From positions 96,001 through 160,000 of IMG/VR virus record IMGVR_UViG_3300045594_000116: 64,000 nt of DNA. One strand, 5' to 3'. Within the stretch, counting starts at the first letter, position 1; each line of letters begins with the position of its first letter. Under the pieces are notes generated by a model. That model saw only the letters and a list, made by a program, of their open reading frames with translations. It made no database searches and had not been told where the DNA came from. A program made the position numbers and the translations under genes. This DNA is from a virus. Lineage: Duplodnaviria > Caudoviricetes. Of this stretch, positions 27,285-37,623 are shown piece by piece.

Positions 27285-27857
27285 ATGTCAACAGCTACAG
27301 AGTTATGGAAAGAGTGTACTCAACCACCAGCAGGAATGGGTGCACAGAACCTCAAGAAGATCCAGGAGAGGGTCTATGGGAACAGTTTCAAGGTTCCGTT
27401 GTATGGACATAAGTTTGTCTTTACTCCGGAGCAATGCCCAGTAGTGTTTAAAGATGGTAAGGTAGTAATCTTTGAGCATGGGTTCGTAAAACTCTTTGAC
27501 GAGAAGTTTAATCTTGTCAAAGAGATGAAATCCAAGATTACGGATAGATTGGATTTCAATGGTAGTATGATCTATCACCAAAGAGCACCAAAGGAGAAAT
27601 GGAAAAGACTCTTATGGGAAGTAGGATTGGTTAAAAGGAATTGGCGCCATCCTAACAATATTCAAATGAGACTCATAGATGACTCATTTTGTGTAGAGGA
27701 TAGATCTACACAGGTTACATACAGTATTACTGTTTATAAAACGGGGACTAATGCATTATTTTGGCATGCACATGTCAAAGAGACCCCAGCAGTGATTCTG
27801 CAGTCAATGGCCGAGCGCGTTAAGAAAATAATGAATACAAAAGGATGGGTTAAATAA
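27285..27857 (+). CDS. Hypothetical early protein
   Basis: RBS GGGAGG. Confidence 0.65.
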   Translation: MSTATELWKECTQPPAGMGAQNLKKIQERVYGNSFKVPLYGHKFVFTPEQCPVVFKDGKVVIFEHGFVKLFDEKFNLVKEMKSKITDRLDFNGSMIYHQRAPKEKWKRLLWEVGLVKRNWRHPNNIQMRLIDDSFCVEDRSTQVTYSITVYKTGTNALFWHAHVKETPAVILQSMAERVKKIMNTKGWVK

Positions 27858-28450
27858 TGATGAAAATAAATGCAGCAAAGGAAATCGCAAGAAAGATCGA
27901 AAACAAACAGGAATATGATATGTTCCTGCTTAATATAACGAATCTTAAAGATCAGGGAAAGCTGGATCAGAAAGATTATATGGACTTGTTTACTGTAGCA
28001 TGCAAGTCTTATGTCAATCATCAGTATCCGGAAGATATTCCATATGGCTTTTACACAGTGGATGAGATGTTCGATCGCTACCCAGAGGAATGGATAGTAA
28101 TGAATGAAGATGAACTTAGGTTTGTTATTCGTAAAGCCATTATGAAGCTTTCTAAGATGACTCCATTTGTAGAAGATTTGGCATACAATGTCAGAATGGC
28201 TAATATCATTCAGCTTGAGTTCCCTTCTCCATATGGGTTAGATAGTAGTATGAATCTTTCGTGGCTTGGAGATTATATGAGTCATATCGACGTAGATCTT
28301 TCTGGTGCTGTTGCGGCTATTAAACAGATTGAAAAGGATTACAGAGAGGAGTATAAGAAGTTCGGATGCAGTGATTATACTGCTGGCGATATAATGATAA
28401 TCGATAATGCTTTGAGCATATTGATTCCGAACTATGAAAGGGTATTTTAA
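27857..28450 (+). CDS. Hypothetical early protein
   Basis: TAATG stop/start coupling to the upstream gene. Confidence 0.65.
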   Translation: MMKINAAKEIARKIENKQEYDMFLLNITNLKDQGKLDQKDYMDLFTVACKSYVNHQYPEDIPYGFYTVDEMFDRYPEEWIVMNEDELRFVIRKAIMKLSKMTPFVEDLAYNVRMANIIQLEFPSPYGLDSSMNLSWLGDYMSHIDVDLSGAVAAIKQIEKDYREEYKKFGCSDYTAGDIMIIDNALSILIPNYERVF

Positions 28451-28463
28451 AGGAGATGATACG

Positions 28464-28682
28464 ATGATTAATCCGGATTTTTATATTGTGTCTTCGGCGT
28501 TAAGCGCCATTATTATCTTGCTGATTATAACTTTCGTTATAGAGCATGGTAATGGAAACAAATTGTACTTAGGATTTAATCAAACCCAGATAATAGTGAT
28601 TACATATGGGATGGCTCTTCTGATTGATGTGGTACTTATAGTATACCTGGCATATACGCCAAATCGTTTTTGGAATGGATAA
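28464..28682 (+). CDS. Small two-TM membrane protein
   Basis: RBS AAGGAG before ATG 28464; two hydrophobic stretches. Confidence 0.6.
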   Translation: MINPDFYIVSSALSAIIILLIITFVIEHGNGNKLYLGFNQTQIIVITYGMALLIDVVLIVYLAYTPNRFWNG

Positions 28683-28773
28683 TAAAACAGCAACCGTATT
28701 GTTGCTTGAGTGGATGATAGGAATAGTCATCACCCTCCTACTTATGATGATAGGAGTAATGATATTCTACTAA
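28675..28773 (+). CDS. 32-aa single-TM peptide (not in the ORF track)
   Basis: MDNKTATVLLLEWMIGIVITLLLMMIGVMIFY; overlaps the upstream stop and ends right at a terminator hairpin. Confidence 0.5.
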   Translation: MDNKTATVLLLEWMIGIVITLLLMMIGVMIFY

Positions 28774-28882
28774 AGGGAAGGAGTCTTAACGGCTCCTTTC
28801 TTTTTTTTAATCATCCCTTGTTCGGTATGATAAAAGATATTCTGAACTTATTATTAATGAGATCACAAAGGAGTGGTAAAAA

Positions 28883-31180
28883 TTGAAACACATAATTCCG
28901 ATCAGTGAGGTATGCTATAAAAGCCGTAGTATACCGCAGCGAGCCATGTACTGTTATCCACTATATGAGACCTATAGGAAGGTATATAACTTCCGCAATA
29001 TAGAAGAGTCTCTGTCTAGATGGAATTCGTACAGCAAAGATGAACAGGTGTGCTTTGAGCAAGCAACTTCACTTCTCAATTATGTATTGGAGAAGGGACC
29101 AGCTAGCGACAAACGTACGGCTGTAGAGCGTGTAGCTAATATTGCTGTAAATCTCCAAAACCCAAAAGCTTCTAAAGGTGTAGTTACGGCAATGACTAAG
29201 AAAGCCGATAATGCTGTAAAGAAAGAAGCTGTATCTGTTATTGAGTCTGCTCTCGATAAGAATATCGAGGAACGGCGTATTATCGCTAATCATGAGATGA
29301 TTAGCAAAAGATTCAATGTAGATTCATTTGTGCGTGAGAATCTGATGTTCAGTAATGATCCATCGGAAGTTCTTTACGAGTTGTGCTCCTTTGTAGAAAC
29401 GTATAAACTTGGATTAGATTCCAAGTTTAAGATCGCTTTGGAGGAATGCTTATTTGCAATGGCCAAGAACAATATCGAAGTAGATGAACAGACTGTTCTT
29501 GAAGCTGTTACAGATTTCTTTATCTCTAATGAGATGAAGAAGAATGATAAGGGTGGTCAGATCTTTGATATCATGGATAAGGTCTGTAAATCGAGTAAGC
29601 TAATCAGTAATTGGGATTATATTAAAGATTTGCAGAAACACTGCAAATCTAAAGATTCTGTGAAAGAAAGCATGATGCTTACAGAGGCAGACAAAGGGAT
29701 TATCAATACACTTGGTAATGCTAAGAACCTTGGCAAAGAAACCATTAACAAATTCAAGTCTCTTTCTGATAAAACCGTTCCTGACCTTAAGACTGTTATC
29801 AATAAACTCTTCATTCTCAAGAGGGATGAAGATGTAATCAATGATACTTCAAACGTACTCTCTCTTATTTTTTATCTTATTATCATTGCTGGGACATTCG
29901 CCATTGGAGTATTGCCCGGAATCTTGGGTTTGATAGTCACCAAGACTATCAATATGCATCTTGAGCGTAAGTATTATGATAAGGTGCTTAAGAAATGGTA
30001 TGCCCATAGAGATGCCACTGCAAGAAAGATGGAGAAGTGCAAAGATCCTGAGAAGAAGAAAAAGCTTGAAGAATATCTTAAAGAACTCGATAAGAACATT
30101 GAGAAGCTTGAAGACTATTCGGATGCAATGCGTGGCGATGATGAAAAGAAGTCAAGCGATAAACGTCCAGAGAACTACAGTAAGAAAGATGACGATGATT
30201 TTGGGGATCTTGGATTTGGATTTGAAGCTTCAAATATGGCATCTGATATAGAAGCTATATCATTTGGTATAGAGAATATCAAATGGGATAGAAAGTTAGT
30301 AGAGAATACATTGCTTTCTTATGAAGGAGCACAGAAATTATCTACTGATGATTTGAATTATCTTGCTGAGTTTGCTATCAGATACCCTGGCATGCTTTCA
30401 CTTGATAAGATTCATGAAGCTGTTTGTATCAAAGAGAAGAGTATTCTCGATGAATCTACTAGCGTGATGAGCTATGTAGAAACTGGATTCTGCTCTAGTA
30501 TCAAAGAGAAAGTTGAGCTGGCTAAGAAGAAGGAAGACGAGGTTAAATATCTCGAGAAAGATACTACAACTAAAGATGTATTCAAAGAATTGAATGATCT
30601 GTACAAGTATACCTCGAATATTAATCATCATATTTCCTGCTTCAATGAGCTCTCTATGACTAGCAATCTTAAACTGGCTGCAGATAAACTTATGAATGGT
30701 GTATCTAAGTTATCTGATAAAGAGCAGGTTGCATCTAGAACTCTTGATGGTGCTTGCAGACTTATGCAGCGTTCAGTTGAAAGAGCGCTGACAATGGAGA
30801 ATAGAGAAGCCGTAATCCGTGGAGATGTTCTTCCATCTTTGAGTAAGATTATTAAGTTAGCAGCTGTTACAGGTGTAGCAGCACTTATCCATCCGGCATT
30901 GGCAGCTATAATTCTTATTGGTAGATTCGCTATGAGTGCCAAGATTCGTACTAAAGAGCGTCAGATGGTCGTAGATGAACTGTCTGTCGAACTCAAGATG
31001 ATCGATAAATATATCCAGGATGCTGATGACAAGAAAGATTACAAGAAAGAGCGTGAACTCATGCTTGTAAAGAAAAAGCTTCAGAATCAGTATTCTCGCT
31101 TGAGCTATAATATAAACGTCGAATGGAAAGACGACAATACCCACATGCATATCGATAAGAATATTAAAAATGATGATTAA
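28883..31180 (+). CDS. Late head-associated protein with hydrophobic segments
   Basis: Late promoter AACT TATTAT TA (28845-28856); VKES, LTEA and GFEA sites; upstream of the capsid genes. Confidence 0.6.
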   Translation: MKHIIPISEVCYKSRSIPQRAMYCYPLYETYRKVYNFRNIEESLSRWNSYSKDEQVCFEQATSLLNYVLEKGPASDKRTAVERVANIAVNLQNPKASKGVVTAMTKKADNAVKKEAVSVIESALDKNIEERRIIANHEMISKRFNVDSFVRENLMFSNDPSEVLYELCSFVETYKLGLDSKFKIALEECLFAMAKNNIEVDEQTVLEAVTDFFISNEMKKNDKGGQIFDIMDKVCKSSKLISNWDYIKDLQKHCKSKDSVKESMMLTEADKGIINTLGNAKNLGKETINKFKSLSDKTVPDLKTVINKLFILKRDEDVINDTSNVLSLIFYLIIIAGTFAIGVLPGILGLIVTKTINMHLERKYYDKVLKKWYAHRDATARKMEKCKDPEKKKKLEEYLKELDKNIEKLEDYSDAMRGDDEKKSSDKRPENYSKKDDDDFGDLGFGFEASNMASDIEAISFGIENIKWDRKLVENTLLSYEGAQKLSTDDLNYLAEFAIRYPGMLSLDKIHEAVCIKEKSILDESTSVMSYVETGFCSSIKEKVELAKKKEDEVKYLEKDTTTKDVFKELNDLYKYTSNINHHISCFNELSMTSNLKLAADKLMNGVSKLSDKEQVASRTLDGACRLMQRSVERALTMENREAVIRGDVLPSLSKIIKLAAVTGVAALIHPALAAIILIGRFAMSAKIRTKERQMVVDELSVELKMIDKYIQDADDKKDYKKERELMLVKKKLQNQYSRLSYNINVEWKDDNTHMHIDKNIKNDD

Positions 31181-31196
31181 GGAGGTATGAACATTT

Positions 31197-32366
31197 ATGA
31201 GCAGTATGTTTGATAGTTTACGCTATATAGTAAATGAAAAGATCACCGTAAATGGGCAGCCACTTGGGGATGATACAGCTGATGGCGAGGAGGAACCTAA
31301 ATATGATGACGACCCTAATCAAGATCCAGCAGCGCCAGATGACAATGGAGGCACTAATGCAGACAATACACCAGCTGAGCCGGCACCGGCTGCTGATGCC
31401 ACTGGCGATGCTGCTAATGATGCTACTTCAGCACCTGATCAAGCACCAGATACGGCGAATGCTCCGGATGACACTGCGGCTGAGCCAGAACCCGCTGGCG
31501 AAGATCAACCCAATGACCAAACGAATGCACCAGATAATACTGCGGATGCAGGTGATGCTGACGCTACTGGGGATGAACCACCAGTATACGATGATGACCC
31601 TAATGCAGAAGACGATACCGATGGAGGCTTAGACGCTGGAGACACTGGTGCAGATGATACAGCTGCAGATGCTCCGGATGCTGGTACAGACCAAGCCGCT
31701 ACTGATACACCACCAGAAGAGGCAGGAGCGGCTCCTGCCACTGGTGGAGATGATACTGGGGATGAACCGCCAACATATGACGACGATCCTAATGCTGAAG
31801 ACGATGCACCAGCCGACGACGGTACAGATCCTCAAGAAGGAGGAGATGACAATGGGCAGGGCGCTGAGGACGGTGGAGAGGAACCGCCAACATATGACGA
31901 CGATCCTAACGCAGAAGATGGCGAAGGTGACGACGGACAAGAAGCTGGAGATGACGGTGCTGGTGATACTGGCGATGCAGCTCCTGCTGATGGTGTGGAT
32001 ACTGAAGATGGCGGAGGAGACGATGAGATAGATCAGCTCCAGCAGGATGTATTCTCCGATCTTACCCCTGCTCAGATTGCTATTAAGAACAAAGAGCTTA
32101 AGGGTAACTTCATCAATCTCTATACCGACATCACATCTATCCTTGATAGACTTACCTCAGTGAATCGTACTTCTGATAATATCAGAACAATAGAGTTTAT
32201 CACTCGTAAGTTTATGGATCTCAAAGATATAGTCAAAGATTCATTGGTCTTTACCTATGATCAGAAAAGCTATGTGCAGAATCAGATTGATCTTCAGAAG
32301 TTTATCTCTATTTATGCTGGACTTACTCAGATGATTGAAGAACTTGGAGAAGAAGCCTCTAAATAG
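31197..32366 (+). CDS. Acidic low-complexity head assembly/scaffold-like protein
   Basis: Asp/Ala/Gly/Pro-rich with four EP[KP]xYDDDPN-type repeats and a helical C-terminus; directly upstream of the MCP. Confidence 0.55.
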   Translation: MSSMFDSLRYIVNEKITVNGQPLGDDTADGEEEPKYDDDPNQDPAAPDDNGGTNADNTPAEPAPAADATGDAANDATSAPDQAPDTANAPDDTAAEPEPAGEDQPNDQTNAPDNTADAGDADATGDEPPVYDDDPNAEDDTDGGLDAGDTGADDTAADAPDAGTDQAATDTPPEEAGAAPATGGDDTGDEPPTYDDDPNAEDDAPADDGTDPQEGGDDNGQGAEDGGEEPPTYDDDPNAEDGEGDDGQEAGDDGAGDTGDAAPADGVDTEDGGGDDEIDQLQQDVFSDLTPAQIAIKNKELKGNFINLYTDITSILDRLTSVNRTSDNIRTIEFITRKFMDLKDIVKDSLVFTYDQKSYVQNQIDLQKFISIYAGLTQMIEELGEEASK

Positions 32367-32399
32367 CCAAATTAAATTCAAATGCGATTAGCTTAAATA

Positions 32400-32411
32400 A
32401 ACAATATAGTA
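32400..32411 (+). promoter_or_regulatory. Late promoter of the major capsid gene
   Basis: AACA ATATAG TA. Confidence 0.75.
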
Positions 32412-32480
32412 AATATTTAGCCCAATCTCGGCTTGATATATTATATCTGAAAATAAGAAATTACTAAGGAGGAAATAAAC

Positions 32481-34463
32481 ATGTCTGTTGTAGGAACTAG
32501 AGAAAATAACAAAGACATTATGCGCGGCTATGAGCAGGACGCCATGGCCCCATTTGCCGAAGCATTCGTAAACGTTGCAAAAGCTGGTATTGATGAGGGG
32601 TGCAACTTCTTCGGAGATACGAGTGACTTTTTGCGTAATCGCTCCACTCGTGATGAGCTGAAGAAATTCTTCATGGAGCAGTCTTTCGATAAGGAAGATC
32701 CGCGTTTCTGCCAGGAAGGCAAAAATGCAAACCCGAACGCTGCTGCTAACATCAAAGAGCATATGGACGAGATGTCTGCACTGTTCGAGAACGATGTTGA
32801 GAAGATCATGACAGAGGCTTCGCCGCTGGGTGCTTTCAACAACGTTGTTGGTCTGGCACTGCCGATTCATAAGAATATTCTTATGAGTGCTGTGTTTGAT
32901 CAGATTCTGCCGAAATCGGTTGCTCAGAGCCCGAAATTCACGCTGTCCCTTGAGACTCGTGAAATGATCGACATTCACGGCAACCACATCGATATGTTCA
33001 TGGAGCAGAACAAGATGACTCCGGCCATCAACGAGTCTGTTCCGAACCAGGATGTTATCATCCCGATTCCGGAAATGAAATCCGTGAACATTCTGAAAGA
33101 TACGTTCAACCTCGTTGGTCAGAAATATCATCTGTCCATCAAATCGGCTGTAACGGGTATCATCGTTGAGTCCATGTGCAAAACTGGCGATACGTATTAT
33201 GATGCAACGACGAAGACGATGAAGCAGGTTACGGCAGCAGCTGATGAAGGTATGAAACCGGTTCTGTTTGAGTGCGGCGAGATTCAGTTCCTGCCGGGTT
33301 ATGGCGAGATCGATCGTCAGATCAACAAGACGATTGGCTTCACAATCACGAAGGCTGATGGAACGACTGTTCCGGTTACCGGCGTACTGGCTGGTGGCGC
33401 TTACAAGGATGATACGTTCTACTTCACGTTCACGCCATCCACGGCTGAAGCTAAAGTTTCGGCTATCCGCTTCCATGCTGTCGTAGACACGACGTCTGCA
33501 GCATTCCCGACGGTCCGCTTCGAATGGGCTGCGAAGACTGATATCTTCCAGATCCCAGAGCAGCCACACGTTACGGTTACGGTATCCCCGGAATCCGTAA
33601 AAGATATCCAGGCTTCGTACGATGTAAACCAGATCACGAAGCTCATGAGCATGATGCAGCTTGCACTTGTTCATTGGAAAGATGACAATATCCTTATGGA
33701 TCTTGATCACAGCTTCAAGACGATGCCGGCAAGCCAGAAGGTCACCGGTGCAATCGATTGGGCTCCACCTCTCCAGTTCCTCGGTACGCCGAAGCAGTGG
33801 AGAACGGAAATGGGCATGGACCAGCTCGACAAGTACGTTACTCGTATGCTTCAGGTTCTGAACGACGAGAACATGACGATCCTTGTTGTTGGTCGTCCGG
33901 AGATCATCCGCAACATTGTTCCGCAGGAATATACGTACCAGGCTCCGAGCAACATCGGTCCGGTGCAGCTTGACTACACTCGTACGGTCGTTTCGACTGA
34001 TAAGCGTGTGTACAACTTCGTATCCAGCCAGAAGATGCGTAATGATAACAACCTTATCCTTATGCTGATTCCGCGCAACACTATGCGTATTACGTACAAA
34101 CTGATCGATTATCAGCTGTATGTATCCAATGAAATCCGCGATACTGTTAACTACGAGCTCCCGGGCATGACCTGCTTCGAGCGCTGGTTGTTCCTCCAGT
34201 ATCAGCCTGTACAGGGGAGAATTCAGATCATGAACGTTATGGGTACTCGTGAGCAGATCGAGAACAACAACCCGGTTGCTGATCGTGCTATGCATGATGA
34301 TACGGCTAACTACAGCTCCTACGCTTCTAGCGTCAATGGCGTTGTTAAGACGAGCGATGGTTCCTTCATCGGTGTCGCAAAGACGGCTACGCCGGCTGCT
34401 GCACATGAGAACAAAGCTGTTGTCGGTAACCCGACTGGCTTTGCTGCTCCTGACCAGCATTAA
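32481..34463 (+). CDS. Major capsid protein precursor
   Basis: 660 aa, very strong codon bias, own late promoter and terminator (34486-34511), propeptide ending IMTE|A; resembles AR9-type capsid proteins from recall. Confidence 0.75.
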   Translation: MSVVGTRENNKDIMRGYEQDAMAPFAEAFVNVAKAGIDEGCNFFGDTSDFLRNRSTRDELKKFFMEQSFDKEDPRFCQEGKNANPNAAANIKEHMDEMSALFENDVEKIMTEASPLGAFNNVVGLALPIHKNILMSAVFDQILPKSVAQSPKFTLSLETREMIDIHGNHIDMFMEQNKMTPAINESVPNQDVIIPIPEMKSVNILKDTFNLVGQKYHLSIKSAVTGIIVESMCKTGDTYYDATTKTMKQVTAAADEGMKPVLFECGEIQFLPGYGEIDRQINKTIGFTITKADGTTVPVTGVLAGGAYKDDTFYFTFTPSTAEAKVSAIRFHAVVDTTSAAFPTVRFEWAAKTDIFQIPEQPHVTVTVSPESVKDIQASYDVNQITKLMSMMQLALVHWKDDNILMDLDHSFKTMPASQKVTGAIDWAPPLQFLGTPKQWRTEMGMDQLDKYVTRMLQVLNDENMTILVVGRPEIIRNIVPQEYTYQAPSNIGPVQLDYTRTVVSTDKRVYNFVSSQKMRNDNNLILMLIPRNTMRITYKLIDYQLYVSNEIRDTVNYELPGMTCFERWLFLQYQPVQGRIQIMNVMGTREQIENNNPVADRAMHDDTANYSSYASSVNGVVKTSDGSFIGVAKTATPAAAHENKAVVGNPTGFAAPDQH

Positions 34464-34549
34464 TCAAAATCATAGTAGAATATATAGAGGTACTGTCTAT
34501 GCAGTACCTCTTTATTCTACGTTAAATTTATGGTAAAGGAGGAAATAGC

Positions 34550-35713
34550 ATGCTTAATGAAACTATGCAGAATAGAATTGGAGATCTTTCAGGAGCTTTG
34601 ATGACCCTGAAGATGCATCCGAAATCTGCTATTGTGCTTCAGGATATTCGCTCAGCAATCAATGCTATCTTCAAGAACGATAAAGGAGATGGAGTCTGCA
34701 AGCAGGTTATCTTTACTGAGAATACGGATAAACTCTTCTTCGGCATTGTAGTTATGCCTGTTATCCCAGCTGATAAGATCATCGATATTCTTATGAATGA
34801 TGAGCACTACATCATTCCAGAGGTATACGTAGAGCTTGATTCCAAACTGTTCTCTGAGATGCTTGATCTTGATGTCAATGAGATTACTGCATTGGTATTG
34901 AGAGAAGTAGACCATATGGTATCAGATGCACGGCCTATGGAGCAGATCAAGAATGATATCGATAATTACCTTTATAAGAAGGGTGAGAATATCAAGCTGT
35001 CTGATTCTGTTCACTATAAGGAATTACTTTCCTTTGGTGTACGTGATGCTATCCGCAAAACGGTATCTATCTTTGAAGCTACGAAAGATCATATCACTGA
35101 TCAGTCTGATGATGATATGGAAATCGCCGAGGATCTTAGATCTGCAATGAATAAGATCGATAACAACGGTTTCAACTTCAATAGCGAGATTGATAACAAA
35201 TTGATCTTCTTGTCCTGGGTGCTGCGCTTGTATAGAGACGTATTGACGTATCGTGTTAATGCTATCTATACGTTGAAGCATAGCATTCGCTTGACTCCAT
35301 CTGTTCTCGAGCAGAAAGAGATGAAGAATATCATTTCTCGCCTGGAAAGAATCGATGATGATAGTTTGCTTCAGGAAGGTAGTGTGCTTGGAAACATCAT
35401 TGATGCATTCAGACGTACTTCTGGGGATATGAAGCGTAATGGTATCAAACGGTATGAAGATGATTTCTATGAGATTCAGTTTGAGGTAAATAACATCGAG
35501 ACTCAGGAAGAGGCTATGCTGCTGTTGCATCGTATCAACTCCCGTATGTCTGTTATCGATGATTACATCAGCACTGAGGAAATGAATAAGTCTGATTACC
35601 ATCGTTGGACCGGACTGTACCAGAAGTATGGTGCACTTAGAGCTACTCTGGCAAAGAATAAGATCTACCAGAACAAGACTCGTCTCTATGTCAACTATGG
35701 CATGGATGATTAA
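34550..35713 (+). CDS. Probable head-associated structural protein
   Basis: RBS AAGGAGG; follows the MCP; LLQE|G site; terminator 35743-35766. Confidence 0.55.
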   Translation: MLNETMQNRIGDLSGALMTLKMHPKSAIVLQDIRSAINAIFKNDKGDGVCKQVIFTENTDKLFFGIVVMPVIPADKIIDILMNDEHYIIPEVYVELDSKLFSEMLDLDVNEITALVLREVDHMVSDARPMEQIKNDIDNYLYKKGENIKLSDSVHYKELLSFGVRDAIRKTVSIFEATKDHITDQSDDDMEIAEDLRSAMNKIDNNGFNFNSEIDNKLIFLSWVLRLYRDVLTYRVNAIYTLKHSIRLTPSVLEQKEMKNIISRLERIDDDSLLQEGSVLGNIIDAFRRTSGDMKRNGIKRYEDDFYEIQFEVNNIETQEEAMLLLHRINSRMSVIDDYISTEEMNKSDYHRWTGLYQKYGALRATLAKNKIYQNKTRLYVNYGMDD

Positions 35714-35799
35714 AAATATAAAGTATACAACAAGAATATATCAGGCATAGCTTGAATGCTATGCCTTTATATTTTGCTAGGAGGTTAAATAGAAATACA

Positions 35800-36009
35800 A
35801 TGAATAAGAAACTGGTATCAATGACAAGAGAAGAGATTATGGATGAGCTTAAAGAAGGAAAGTCTGATTTCATTTCCTCACATAGATTAGAGCTGATGTT
35901 ACTCTCAATGCGTGAGAGATATGATAAAAATCTTTGGATATTGCCTAAAGGTGAAACATCTGCTTTACACCTTCCTATTACCCACTTAGATCTTGATAAA
36001 AACAATTAA
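35800..36009 (+). CDS. Small hypothetical protein
   Basis: AGGAGG upstream of ATG 35800. Confidence 0.45.
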   Translation: MNKKLVSMTREEIMDELKEGKSDFISSHRLELMLLSMRERYDKNLWILPKGETSALHLPITHLDLDKNN

Positions 36010-36127
36010 ATTTCTTTCATTCATATATTATATGAATGAAGGAGGTTTAAATAGAATTTAAACAGAGTGTCTACAATTCTATTAATCAGGCCCAAATTAG
36101 GTCAAGTAATGAGAGGAGTCATCAATC

Positions 36128-36928
36128 ATGGCATTAGGACAAACGTATGACAACAACAAAAATGAGGCTTATCGCCCTACAGTGTATGGTATTTCGATGA
36201 GCAATACAGGAGAGAGCGCAGTTGACAAAACTCAGTTGTCTTTCTCTATGTGGAAAGGTACTATTAAAGTACAGATCGCACCAATGGTTAAAGCATCATC
36301 GTCTGACGATTTCCCGAAAGCAGATCGTGATTCTGCTGCATCCATCTATCTTAGCCCATCTAAGGCTTATATGCTTTCGCAGATTATGCGTAAGTGCTTG
36401 GATGATATTAAAGCCTTCCCGTTGGATGGCTATTCCATCAATGCTGGTGGTGGTCTTATCACTATCAGCTCTGGTAAAGATTTCGGAGCTAAGAACCCAT
36501 GCATCGTTCTTCGTTCGATCAATCCGGATACCGGCAAGGTTGAAGCGATGTATGCATATGAGTTCAAGACTGATTACCATACGGTAATTGAGAACTACAA
36601 TGAAGAGAAAGGTAGCTATACTGAAAATGCAAAGATGTTTGCAAACATCGAGATGCAGCAGGTGATTGAGCAGCTTGAAGACTATGCTCGCTCTTCCAAT
36701 CACGCATATGCATTCTCTGTATGTGATAGCATGTCTTTCCAGCTGAACTCTGTACGTTCTGACATTGGCAAAGTTGCTGAGAAACTTGGCGTAACGCTTG
36801 GTAGTAAGGGCGGACGCAAAGGAACATCTCGTAGCTTCTTCAATAAAGGCGGAAATGGTGGAAACGCCAGTGAGAGTGTAGCTCATCAGACTGCGACCAT
36901 TGATGATATCGTTGGTAACGACGACTAA
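36128..36928 (+). CDS. Early protein, candidate ssDNA-binding protein
   Basis: Early promoter 36023-36031; beta-rich core, Gly-rich linker and acidic tail TIDDIVGNDD. Confidence 0.45.
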   Translation: MALGQTYDNNKNEAYRPTVYGISMSNTGESAVDKTQLSFSMWKGTIKVQIAPMVKASSSDDFPKADRDSAASIYLSPSKAYMLSQIMRKCLDDIKAFPLDGYSINAGGGLITISSGKDFGAKNPCIVLRSINPDTGKVEAMYAYEFKTDYHTVIENYNEEKGSYTENAKMFANIEMQQVIEQLEDYARSSNHAYAFSVCDSMSFQLNSVRSDIGKVAEKLGVTLGSKGGRKGTSRSFFNKGGNGGNASESVAHQTATIDDIVGNDD

Positions 36929-36933
36929 ATTAA

Positions 36934-36981
36934 AAGGAGGATAAAGAGTGTACTTAGGTGCACTCTTTATTTTTTGCCATG
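36934..36981 (+). promoter_or_regulatory. Hairpin lying between SD and start codon (split RBS and/or terminator)
   Basis: AAGGAGG, hairpin 36941-36970, TTTTTGCC, ATG 36979. Confidence 0.6.
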
Positions 36982-37623
36982 AGTAAAGTAAATACTATAA
37001 ATAATCTTGTAGAGTTTAATTGCATTCTTGGCACTGATGTCGGTATAGTTAAGGTACTATTGAAGCACTATGGTAAGTCTGGGTATTTCGATATCCATTA
37101 TTCTACAGAGAACTCATTGAAAAATAAGTTACTTTGGAGGGATAATTGGAATCCTCTTACTATAATGCTTAAACCGGATTATATGGATAGTGCCAATGAT
37201 TTATACAAAGAGGTAGTTAAGAAGTATGAGGATGAGATATATGAGTTATCTCCTTATACTGACATTCTAAGATTCATGAATCTTATGCAGAATAATGATG
37301 ATTGGAAAACCAACTGTTGCGTAAATTGTAAAAATGAACGACAAAAACAAATCGTTAAACAGATCAATTCGAGATTTCAAATCTCGATAGATCAAATTAG
37401 CATGAGAGAGTATACGACTCTCTTTATTAATGAGATAGAGAATATTGCTAAGTATCGAGATCTTGGAGGGAAGTATATCTTCATATCTAATTATAGATTC
37501 AACCTTACTGAAGACTTTGTACCTAAACCGGTCATACTCTTAGAAGGTGGTTATAATAAGGTGAGAATGATAGATCCTTATAAAGGTCTACGATTACCAG
37601 TCAAAAACGAAGGAGATATGTGA
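36979..37623 (+). CDS. Hypothetical protein
   Basis: Fills the gap between the SSB-like gene and groEL; GTGA overlap with groEL. Confidence 0.65.
   Translation: MSKVNTINNLVEFNCILGTDVGIVKVLLKHYGKSGYFDIHYSTENSLKNKLLWRDNWNPLTIMLKPDYMDSANDLYKEVVKKYEDEIYELSPYTDILRFMNLMQNNDDWKTNCCVNCKNERQKQIVKQINSRFQISIDQISMREYTTLFINEIENIAKYRDLGGKYIFISNYRFNLTEDFVPKPVILLEGGYNKVRMIDPYKGLRLPVKNEGDM

Noticed and set aside
31197-32030. Repeats as a CRISPR-like array
   Set aside because: In-frame coding repeats with synonymous variation and irregular spacing.
32388-34460. 690-aa ORF antisense to the capsid gene (likewise 21839..23098 and 38016..38900)
   Set aside because: Same antisense artefact on highly biased genes.
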